This document shows positions 56,383-64,000 of a stretch of 64,000 nt of DNA, piece after piece. Where the stretch lies: contig JANMPT010000117.1 of NCBI GenBank assembly GCA_031370005.1, positions 1 to 64,000 of the forward strand, read 5' to 3'. Below the pieces are notes generated by a model. That model worked only from the letters and a program-made list of their open reading frames with translations, did no database searches and was not told where the DNA came from. This DNA is from Bdellovibrionales bacterium. GTDB taxonomy: Bacteria > Bdellovibrionota > Bdellovibrionia > Bdellovibrionales > Bdellovibrionaceae. Position 1 is the first letter of the stretch, and every line of letters starts with the position of its first letter. The translations under genes and the position numbers were made by a program.

Positions 56383-57234
56383 GTGCACAGCTCGCAAGAA
56401 AACCACGACAGTTCAATTGATTTAGGCCAGGCGCTTCAGGTCGGACTTAAGGCCTGCCGCCTTGGAAGAGAGGTCCTACTCAAATATATTGGCAATCTAC
56501 AGCATATTTCGGAAAAATTTGAGGCAGGCTTAGTGAGTGAGGCCGACAAGGAATCTGAGAAAGTTATTTCTGATTATCTTGGGAAAAATTTTCCTAGTAT
56601 TGATTTTTTGGGCGAAGAGTCGAGCTATGAGGGGACTAAAGTCCCCTGGACCTCAGCGGGACCCGAGGGGCGTTGGATCTTGGACCCTTTGGATGGAACG
56701 ACCAACTATGTTCATCAATTCCCTATTTTTTGCATTAGCCTTGGCCTTGAAATTAATGGCGAGATTCAGGCCGCGGTAATTGATTGCCCGAAGATGGGGG
56801 AAACCTATACGGCCATTCGAGGACAAGGTGCCTTTATGAATGGAAAGCCATTGAGAGTCGGCCAAGCCCAATATTTGAAAGATGCATTGTTAGCGACCGG
56901 ATTTGTTGCTGAAAAGAAAAACATCATCGAGGAGCAATTAAAAATATTTTCCGACGTTGTCTATAAATGCCGTGGAATTCGCAGGCCTGGCGCAGCTGCT
57001 TATGATTTGGCATTGGTTGCACGGGGGGTTTTTGATGGATTTTGGGAAAGAAATCTACAGCCCTGGGATAGCGCTGCGGGTCTGCTCCTTATCGAGGAAG
57101 CCGGCGGAAAAGTAGTTACATACAGAGGAAACAAGTACAATCCCTATAAAAATTCGATCATCGCGGGCAATGCAATTGTTGTCCAGGAACTCATGAAAAT
57201 CCTAGCTCCACACTTGAGTGAGAGTACGGATTAA
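56383..57234 (+). CDS. suhB: Inositol monophosphatase family
   Basis: GEE, WILDPLDGTTNY, RRPGAAAYDL, PWDSAAG. Confidence 0.9.
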   Translation: MHSSQENHDSSIDLGQALQVGLKACRLGREVLLKYIGNLQHISEKFEAGLVSEADKESEKVISDYLGKNFPSIDFLGEESSYEGTKVPWTSAGPEGRWILDPLDGTTNYVHQFPIFCISLGLEINGEIQAAVIDCPKMGETYTAIRGQGAFMNGKPLRVGQAQYLKDALLATGFVAEKKNIIEEQLKIFSDVVYKCRGIRRPGAAAYDLALVARGVFDGFWERNLQPWDSAAGLLLIEEAGGKVVTYRGNKYNPYKNSIIAGNAIVVQELMKILAPHLSESTD

Positions 57235-57268
57235 ATCATTGATTCAGTGGCCGTGACGAAAGTCTATG

Positions 57269-57296
57269 CGGCAAAAAATGCCGTCAAAAGGATGAC
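57269..57296 (+). promoter_or_regulatory. Candidate enhancer (FleQ-box-like) sites
   Basis: CGGCAAAAAATGCCG and GTCAAAAGGATGAC, about 120-145 nt upstream of the sigma54 site. Confidence 0.45.
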
Positions 57297-57412
57297 TCTG
57301 CCTATCGGTATTTTGGTTGCGCCGAGGTCTAGAGAACCCAATAAAGAAGGTCCATTTCTTTTATAACTCGTTTGGGCTGCCAAATTCGTGACGAGACTTG
57401 ACTGACGTCGTG

Positions 57413-57429
57413 TTGGCACTCCTGTTGCT
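57413..57429 (+). promoter_or_regulatory. Sigma54 promoter of the fliL operon
   Basis: TTGGCACTCCTGTTGCT, near-perfect TGGCAC-N5-TTGCW. Confidence 0.85.
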
Positions 57430-57470
57430 GCATAACTTCATGAGATTGGTGTGTCTTTTCATCAAGGAGG

Positions 57471-58016
57471 GTGGAAGTGGCAGAGGAAAAAGCGGTGGCG
57501 GCAGCAGCAGCAGCGCCCCCTTCCGGTGGCGGAAAAAATAATATTATTCTGATTGCTCTTGCAGTCATCAATATGTTGGTGGTGGCCGGCGTAGGCTTCA
57601 TGCTTTATCAAGGCAAGAAAAAAGAAGCGGCGGAGCCAAAGATTGAGCAAGTGATCAAGGGAGAAAAAGAAGCTCAGGATCACGAAAAAGAAAACTCTGA
57701 CGAAAAGAAATTCGTAGGGCAGATAATCCCGCTTGAGAAGTTCATCATCAATCTTGCAGGATCTAAAGGCCGTAAACTTGCGAGTGTAAGCATCGAGCTT
57801 GAAGTGAAGGGGCCTGCCGTTCAAGAGGAGATCGACAAACGCAAAGCTCAAATTCGCGACATTATTATTATCATTCTTTCTAGCAAGACCTATGAAGATG
57901 TTTCTTCAAGAGAAGGCAAAGACAATCTGCGAAATGAAGTGAAGGACACCATCAACTCTTTCCTTGTTAAAGGAAAGATTTCGAATGTGTTCTTTACTGA
58001 ATTTATTTATAACTAG
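57471..58016 (+). CDS. fliL: Flagellar basal body protein FliL
   Basis: TM, FIINLA, IRDIIIIILSSK, FFTEF. Confidence 0.92.
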   Translation: MEVAEEKAVAAAAAAPPSGGGKNNIILIALAVINMLVVAGVGFMLYQGKKKEAAEPKIEQVIKGEKEAQDHEKENSDEKKFVGQIIPLEKFIINLAGSKGRKLASVSIELEVKGPAVQEEIDKRKAQIRDIIIIILSSKTYEDVSSREGKDNLRNEVKDTINSFLVKGKISNVFFTEFIYN

Positions 58017-58025
58017 AGGTCGAGC

Positions 58026-59027
58026 ATGAATCAGGTCCTGTCGCAAAGTGAAGTTGATGCGCTCTTAGCCGCTGTCTCCGACGGTGAGGTGACGACCGCC
58101 GAAAATTCGAAGTCCGATAGTCCTGGCTCCGTAAAAGCTGAAGGTAAGAACATCGTTAACTACGATTTGACAAGTCAGGATCGTATTATTCGTGGTCGCT
58201 TGCCACAGCTGGAAGTCATTTATGAAAAATTCATGCGCGCCTTTCGTGTTTCTTTATCATCTACTTTGCGCAAGATTGCCTCTATTACATTAACCAGTAC
58301 TGAGTTTTTGAAGTTTGGCGAATTCATAAACACGCTGCCAATGCCGACTTGCATGAGTGTTTTGCGCTTTGGTACTTTACGTGGATCTGCTTTGGTAGTC
58401 ATTGAAAGCAAGCTGGCCTACGCTTTGGTAGACAGTTTTTTCGGTGGAGCGGATCGTCCTTATACTAAGATTGATGGTAAAGAATTCACTCAAATTGAGC
58501 TATCAATTGTTAAGAAAGTTGTTGAGCTTGCGATTCATGACTTGGAAAACGCCTGGGCCTCTGTAGAAAAAATTGATTGCAGTTTTGTTCGTACAGAGGT
58601 CAATCCCCAGTTCGTGGGTATTGTCCCGCCGACAGACGTCGTAATTGCTTCGACTTTTGACGTTGAGCTTGAAAACGCCACCGGAACTATTTCTGTGGTT
58701 GTTCCGTACGCAACAATTGAGCCGATTAAGCAGAAACTGCAATCTGGATTTCAGGTGGAGTCCGATCAAACGGATAAAAAACTTTGGACAGCTATCATTA
58801 GAGAACAGCTTTTAGAAACAAATGTCGAAGTAAAGGTCAATCTTGGTCAAACAGAGATTCTTCTTCAAGATCTTATGACGATGAAATTGGGCGACGTCAT
58901 TCCCCTGGATCAGGATGCCACGGGTGAAATTGATATTCAGATTGAAAATATTAAAAAATTTAAAGGTTACTACGGAATACATCATGGGACGGTGGCTGTA
59001 CAAGTGACTCGTCAGATTAAGAAATAG
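58026..59027 (+). CDS. fliM: Flagellar motor switch FliM
   Basis: LSQSEVDALL, FT.IE, EVNPQF. Confidence 0.96.
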   Translation: MNQVLSQSEVDALLAAVSDGEVTTAENSKSDSPGSVKAEGKNIVNYDLTSQDRIIRGRLPQLEVIYEKFMRAFRVSLSSTLRKIASITLTSTEFLKFGEFINTLPMPTCMSVLRFGTLRGSALVVIESKLAYALVDSFFGGADRPYTKIDGKEFTQIELSIVKKVVELAIHDLENAWASVEKIDCSFVRTEVNPQFVGIVPPTDVVIASTFDVELENATGTISVVVPYATIEPIKQKLQSGFQVESDQTDKKLWTAIIREQLLETNVEVKVNLGQTEILLQDLMTMKLGDVIPLDQDATGEIDIQIENIKKFKGYYGIHHGTVAVQVTRQIKK

Positions 59028-59037
59028 GGGGAGAATC

Positions 59038-59442
59038 ATGGATGATAATTTAGAGAATCTAGCCGATCAACTTGCAGAAGAAGCGGCCGCGATGAACCAC
59101 GCAGTCGCAGATAAAAGCGGCGGTGGATCCGGCGGCGGTTCAGGTGCTGGCAATGAAGGTGGATCCGGCAGTGGTCCAAAAGAAAAAAATTTGCAATTGA
59201 TCTTAGACATCCCACTGCGTGTAACAGTTGAGCTGGGTCGTACAAAAATGCCTGTGAGTGAATTGTTAAACCTGACCCAAGGAAGCGTTATCGAACTCAG
59301 TAAATTAGCCGGTGAGCCAATGGAAGTTTACGTAAATGAAAAGTTGATCGCTCGCGGTGAGGCAGTGGTAGTCAATGAAAAATTTGGTGTGCGCTTAACA
59401 GATATTATCAGCCCGACTGAACGTATTGAACAGCTGAAGTAG
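59038..59442 (+). CDS. fliN: Flagellar motor switch FliN
   Basis: ILDIPLRVTVELGR, ARGEAVVVNEKFGVR. Confidence 0.96.
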   Translation: MDDNLENLADQLAEEAAAMNHAVADKSGGGSGGGSGAGNEGGSGSGPKEKNLQLILDIPLRVTVELGRTKMPVSELLNLTQGSVIELSKLAGEPMEVYVNEKLIARGEAVVVNEKFGVRLTDIISPTERIEQLK

Positions 59443-59450
59443 AGGTAAAA

Positions 59451-60053
59451 ATGCGACGGATTGTTACAACTGCATTATTGATTGTTGCCTTGTTTTCAAT
59501 GACAGAAATAGCCATTGCAGCTGAATCTGCTGCTCCTGTTGTTGATAACATAGCTAATAAAAAAGAATCAGAGATACCTTTGAGCCTGGACACCCCCAAG
59601 AAAGCCTCAGAGGACAGTCATCCGATTTTTAAAATCATTTTAATTTTCTCAATGATGGGCCTTGTAGGCACGGGCGCTTATGTTTATCTGCGCAAGTATT
59701 CAAAAAATAATTTTGCGGCCGGTAAAAACAACCAAATTAAAGTTCTTACTCAGCATTATTTGGGTCCTAAAAAATCCCTGGCGATCATTCGTGTGGCTGG
59801 GGAGAGCATTCTAATTGGCATAACAGAAAACAACATTAGTATGATCAAGTCCTTAGCCCTATTGGATGATGAAGTCCCTGAGGAAGTTCACAGCAGCAAC
59901 TTTGCAGATCTCTTCGGTGGGATTTCTGATGCAAAAGTAGCGTCAAAAAGATCAGTGGAAGCCCCCGAAGAAAACGAAGAGGATGAGTTCTCGATTCGTG
60001 GCGTGAAGGAAGTGGTTTCAAAAAAATTGAAAGGCATGAGGTCTTTTCAATGA
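59451..60053 (+). CDS. fliO: Flagellar protein FliO
   Basis: TM, LGPKKSLAIIRV...LIGIT; operon position. Confidence 0.85.
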   Translation: MRRIVTTALLIVALFSMTEIAIAAESAAPVVDNIANKKESEIPLSLDTPKKASEDSHPIFKIILIFSMMGLVGTGAYVYLRKYSKNNFAAGKNNQIKVLTQHYLGPKKSLAIIRVAGESILIGITENNISMIKSLALLDDEVPEEVHSSNFADLFGGISDAKVASKRSVEAPEENEEDEFSIRGVKEVVSKKLKGMRSFQ

Positions 60054-60790
60054 AGAAATTATTATTGATGGCGGGCGTAGTACTCTTTGGTTCATGGGCT
60101 TTTGCTCAGCAAGTGACCTTGCCGTCGGTTAATCTTGGTTTTAAGACGACGGACAACCCAAATGAAGTTGTTAACGCAATCAAACTGGTTTTGATTATGA
60201 CTGTGCTGACCTTGGCGCCTGCCATCTTAATCATGATGACGGGATTTACACGAATAATTATTGTGTTAAGTTTTCTTAGACAAGCAATGGGCATTCAGCA
60301 AATGCCGCCCAATCAGTTATTAGTCGGGTTGTCTTTATTTTTGACTTTTTTTGTTATGGGTCCGGCATTTAAGGAGGCCAACGAAACTGGGGTCCAGCCT
60401 TACCTTGCCGGGAAAATATCTCAAGATATAGCATTGGAGAACTCGCTCGCGCCTTTGAGAAAATTCATGTTCCATCAAACACGAGATACAGATTTGAGTC
60501 TATTTCTAAAACTTGCAAAAATTGAGACTCCAAAAACGCGAGCAGATGTGCCGACCATTGTTTTGGTTCCAGCTTTTGTAGTTTCTGAGCTGAAAACTGC
60601 TTTCCAGATTGGTTTTATTATTTTTCTACCATTCCTAGTGATCGACATCGTTGCGTCTAGTGTTTTGATGGCGATGGGTATGATGATGCTGCCGCCTGTG
60701 GTGATCTCATTGCCATTTAAAATTATGCTCTTTGTTTTGGTTGATGGGTGGGGTCTTTTAATTGGTTCGATGGTTAAAAGTTTTGGATAG
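60050..60790 (+). CDS. fliP: Flagellar export protein FliP
   Basis: FTRIIIVL, PPNQ, SELKTAFQIG, LFVLVDGW. Confidence 0.97.
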   Translation: MKKLLLMAGVVLFGSWAFAQQVTLPSVNLGFKTTDNPNEVVNAIKLVLIMTVLTLAPAILIMMTGFTRIIIVLSFLRQAMGIQQMPPNQLLVGLSLFLTFFVMGPAFKEANETGVQPYLAGKISQDIALENSLAPLRKFMFHQTRDTDLSLFLKLAKIETPKTRADVPTIVLVPAFVVSELKTAFQIGFIIFLPFLVIDIVASSVLMAMGMMMLPPVVISLPFKIMLFVLVDGWGLLIGSMVKSFG

Positions 60791-60799
60791 GGGTAAGCC

Positions 60800-61072
60800 G
60801 TGACCGAAGAAATTATTATAAAACTAGGACAAGATGCACTTCGAACCACTGCAATGTTGGCAGCTCCCATGTTGCTAAGCACTTTGGTGATTGGCTTGGC
60901 AGTGAGCATTTTTCAAGCACTGACACAGATCAATGAGTCAACATTGACTTTTATTCCAAAGATGGTCGTGGTTGCCTTGGTGTTTGTGTTGGCAGGACCT
61001 TGGATGATGGATGTTATGAGTAGCTACACGATTACTTTGTTTGAAAATATTGCAACTATCGTGCGCGAATAA
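60800..61072 (+). CDS. fliQ: Flagellar export protein FliQ
   Basis: FQALTQINESTLTFIPK. Confidence 0.96.
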   Translation: MTEEIIIKLGQDALRTTAMLAAPMLLSTLVIGLAVSIFQALTQINESTLTFIPKMVVVALVFVLAGPWMMDVMSSYTITLFENIATIVRE

Positions 61073-61082
61073 GGAGAGCTCG

Positions 61083-61862
61083 TTGTTCTATACAATGTCT
61101 GAAGCACAAGTCATCATGTTCGGGCTCATTTTCTTGAGAATGATTGCTTTTGTCGTCTCTTCAGTTGTCTTTGGTTCAGGCAATATCAGCACCCCTGTAA
61201 AGATTCTCTTAGCGGTGATTTTGTCAATGGTGGTGCTGCCAAGTATTCACTTAGCACCTGAAGAATCCGCACATTTGGCAGATGATGTGGTTTTGCTTTC
61301 GGCCCGTGAAGTATTAATTGGCGTGAGTCTAGGTTTTTTAACTCGTTTGTTCTTCTTTACTGTCGGTATGACAGGGGAGTTGGTTTCAGTTTCCATTGGT
61401 TTGGGACAGGCGCAGATCTTCAATCCAATGATGGGGACGAATAGCAACTCGGTTGAGCAATTTTATAATACAATTGCGACTTTAATTTTTTTTGCATTGA
61501 ACGGCCATCACCTTTTAATTAGTGGAATAGCTCAAAGTTACGAGCTTATTCCTTTAGCGCAGATGAAACTGAACCTTGGCCCTTACGCAGAGATCGCAAT
61601 GTTTGCCCAGGACATGATGATGATGGCCATTAAAATGTGCGCGCCGATCATTGGCGCGGTGATGATCACCAATATTGCCATGGGTGTTCTAGGCCGTGCA
61701 GTTCCCCAGATAAATGTGCTTGTGACAAGTATGCCCGTCACGTTGATGTTAGGTTTTGTCTTAATGTTTTTATGTATCCCACTTCTTGTAATGGAAATGA
61801 ATGGGATTTTGGATCTTACGCACACAAAGATGATGTTGGTAATGAAGGCCTTAGCGTTCTAG
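61083..61862 (+). CDS. fliR: Flagellar export protein FliR
   Basis: NGHHLL, GRAVPQINV; TTG 61083 after AAGGAG. Confidence 0.94.
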   Translation: MFYTMSEAQVIMFGLIFLRMIAFVVSSVVFGSGNISTPVKILLAVILSMVVLPSIHLAPEESAHLADDVVLLSAREVLIGVSLGFLTRLFFFTVGMTGELVSVSIGLGQAQIFNPMMGTNSNSVEQFYNTIATLIFFALNGHHLLISGIAQSYELIPLAQMKLNLGPYAEIAMFAQDMMMMAIKMCAPIIGAVMITNIAMGVLGRAVPQINVLVTSMPVTLMLGFVLMFLCIPLLVMEMNGILDLTHTKMMLVMKALAF

Positions 61863-61876
61863 GAAGGAACAATTAG

Positions 61877-62941
61877 GTGGCAGTGAACCAAGAAGAAAAA
61901 ACAGAACAGGCGACGGACTCCCGAAGAGAGGATTTTCGCCGTCGTGGACAGGTGGCGCAAACGAAAGAGTTGGGGTCCTGTCTGCTGTTGCTTGCATCTG
62001 CGGGCGGTGTCTTTGCGCTGAGCCGTTTTTTCTTTCAAAACCTGAGCGATGTTTTCAATTATTCTTTTGGTCCTCAACTAGTGACCACTATCCGTTCGGG
62101 TAATATTTTGGAGGCATTGAGTTTTAGTGGTCAAAAAATGTTTATTTTAATTGCGCCCGTTATGGCGGTGGCTGTTGTTATTAGCTTGGCGTCATCAGTA
62201 CTTCAGGTGGGCTTCTTACAAGTTGAAGATGCAATGAGCCCGGACATTAATAAACTTAATCCTCTTGAAGGGTTTAAGCGCGTCTTTAGTTTGCGTGCTT
62301 TGGTTGAGGGTCTAAAATCGTTCTTAAAATTACTCTTTATTAGCATTGTTTTGTATTTTCTTTTAAAATCAGAAATTTCAAAAATTCCTTATTTGGTGAG
62401 TTATTCGCTGATAGGAATTTTTCAATATATTGGTGGCATTGTTGTTCGCTTGTTCGGCGGCATTGGGGTAATGATGCTGATCCTTTCTGGCGCAGACTAT
62501 TTTTTTCAGCGTTGGAATCTTGAAAAAGAAATGATGATGACAAAACAAGAAGTCAAAGAAGAATCGAAATCCCGCGAGGGAGATCCGATGATTAAATCTC
62601 GTATTCGTCGATTGCAAAGGGAGCGCGCAAGCAAGAGAATGATGGCAGCTATTCCTAAAGCGGATGTTGTTATCACCAATCCGACCCATATTGCTGTGGT
62701 TTTGAAATACGATGCAAACCTTCCGGCACCACAAATCGTTGCGAAGGGCGCAGATTTGATAGCTGAAAAGATTAAAGAGATCGCGCGCCAGCACAATATA
62801 CCTGTGATCGAGAATAAGCCTTTGGCCAGAACTATTTATAAAACATTAAAAATTGGTCAAGTGGTTCCGCGAGAGCTTTTTGTCGCAGTAGCAGAAGTTC
62901 TTTCCTATGTTTATAAGTTACGTAAGAAGGTGAGAAGATAA
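61877..62941 (+). CDS. flhB: Flagellar export protein FlhB
   Basis: EKTE, EGDP, NPTH autocleavage motif. Confidence 0.97.
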   Translation: MAVNQEEKTEQATDSRREDFRRRGQVAQTKELGSCLLLLASAGGVFALSRFFFQNLSDVFNYSFGPQLVTTIRSGNILEALSFSGQKMFILIAPVMAVAVVISLASSVLQVGFLQVEDAMSPDINKLNPLEGFKRVFSLRALVEGLKSFLKLLFISIVLYFLLKSEISKIPYLVSYSLIGIFQYIGGIVVRLFGGIGVMMLILSGADYFFQRWNLEKEMMMTKQEVKEESKSREGDPMIKSRIRRLQRERASKRMMAAIPKADVVITNPTHIAVVLKYDANLPAPQIVAKGADLIAEKIKEIARQHNIPVIENKPLARTIYKTLKIGQVVPRELFVAVAEVLSYVYKLRKKVRR

Positions 62942-64000
62942 TGGAACAGCTGTTTCAGTTTATCAAGAAGTTTGAAAAATTCACGAAGAACACTGATCTG
63001 TTCATTGCTTTTGGTCTATTAGGCATATTGGGAGTTATGATCATCCCACTTCCACCAGTGATACTTGACGTTGCGTTGAGTTTCTCTTTGTCTTTAAGTC
63101 TTTTGATTTTGGTCGTTTCGATTTATGTCAAACGCGCACTTGATTTTACATCTTTTCCGTCACTGCTTTTAATGACGACCCTGTTTCGTCTATCAATGAA
63201 CGTGGCGACGACGCGTTTGATTTTGACCCATGGACATGAGGGCACTCATGCCGCTGGCGACGTGATTGAAGCCTTCGGTAATTTCGTTGTCGGTAATAAC
63301 TATGTAATCGGTATTATCGTTTTTATGATCCTGATCGTTATTAACTTTATTGTTATCACTAAGGGTTCTGGCCGCGTAGCAGAGGTTGCTGCACGTTTCA
63401 CCTTGGATGCTATGCCTGGTAAGCAAATGGCCATTGATGCGGACTTGAACGCAGGTCTTATTAGTGAGGCGGATGCTCGCAAGCGTCGTAAGGAGATCGA
63501 ACAAGAAGCTGACTTTTATGGAGCGATGGATGGTGCCAGTAAATTCGTCCGTGGAGACGCGATTGCCGGAATCATTATTACTGTAATTAATATTGTTGGC
63601 GGCCTTATGATCGGTGTAATTCAAAAGGGCCTTGATGTCAGCGTAGCCGCTAAGTACTACACAATGTTGACGATCGGTGATGGTCTTTTAGCACAGATCC
63701 CTGCTTTGATAATTTCTACTGCAGCAGGTATTATTGTGACTCGGAGTTCAAGCACAGATCAGGATATGGGAACGGAGGTTTCCAATCAACTTCTTGCAAA
63801 TCCACGCTCTGTAGCGATTGCCGCGTCTGTAATTGGTGTACTTGCATTAGTTCCGGGTCTTCCAACGGTTCCTTTTTTGACAATGGCAGGGATTTTGGGA
63901 GGACTATCTTGGGTGGTTCGTCGTTATCAAGTTGAAAAAGAAGATAATGAAAAGAAAAAAAGCGAAACTGCAGCGGCGGCACCAAAAAAAGAAAACATCG
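62941..64000 (+). CDS. flhA: Flagellar export protein FlhA, 3'-partial
   Basis: ATG 62941; [44 protein letters not shown]; runs off the window. Confidence 0.96.
   Translation, partial: MEQLFQFIKKFEKFTKNTDLFIAFGLLGILGVMIIPLPPVILDVALSFSLSLSLLILVVSIYVKRALDFTSFPSLLLMTTLFRLSMNVATTRLILTHGHEGTHAAGDVIEAFGNFVVGNNYVIGIIVFMILIVINFIVITKGSGRVAEVAARFTLDAMPGKQMAIDADLNAGLISEADARKRRKEIEQEADFYGAMDGASKFVRGDAIAGIIITVINIVGGLMIGVIQKGLDVSVAAKYYTMLTIGDGLLAQIPALIISTAAGIIVTRSSSTDQDMGTEVSNQLLANPRSVAIAASVIGVLALVPGLPTVPFLTMAGILGGLSWVVRRYQVEKEDNEKKKSETAAAAPKKENI

Noticed and set aside
59116..59176. GGC/GGT-rich repeat-like tract in fliN
   Set aside because: It encodes a Gly/Ser linker in the variable FliN N-terminus and is not a DNA repeat element.
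1..64000. CRISPR array, rRNA, tRNA; numerous 60-150 aa ORFs antisense or frame-shifted within long genes
   Set aside because: No regularly spaced repeats or RNA-gene signatures were seen by eye. The overlapping short ORFs are shadows of well-supported CDSs with no motifs.

Overview
64-kb bacterial chromosomal window, probably from a Bdellovibrionota (Bdellovibrio-like) organism. This is inferred from gene content (tandem DUF507 pair with an orphan groES, many lineage-type secreted proteins), not from a database search. The core backbone is ptrB-lgt, lspA-ileS, PBP1B, uvrD/pcrA, suhB and the sigma54-driven fliL-fliM-fliN-fliO-fliP-fliQ-fliR-flhB-flhA operon. Accessory blocks are: (i) 1-6.9 kb, a Y1/RAYT transposase, CSLREA lipoprotein, TPR-HTH regulator and a nitroreductase / FeeM-PilZ acyltransferase / O-methyltransferase cluster; (ii) 12.9-17.6 kb, a USP, a MacAB-like ABC system and a metal-binding islet; (iii) about 39.5-50.5 kb, a decaying island with TA modules, pseudogenes and secreted proteins. 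The main find is at 22.8-27.9 kb on the minus strand: a sigma54 -24/-12 promoter precedes a radical SAM/SPASM maturase, an unannotated 44-aa precursor-like peptide (26287-26421, absent from the ORF track), a CHASE2 sensor kinase and a sigma54-activating response regulator, ending at a strong hairpin. This is the architecture of a self-activating, agr-like RiPP peptide signalling (quorum-sensing) circuit. No rRNA, tRNA or CRISPR array was seen.
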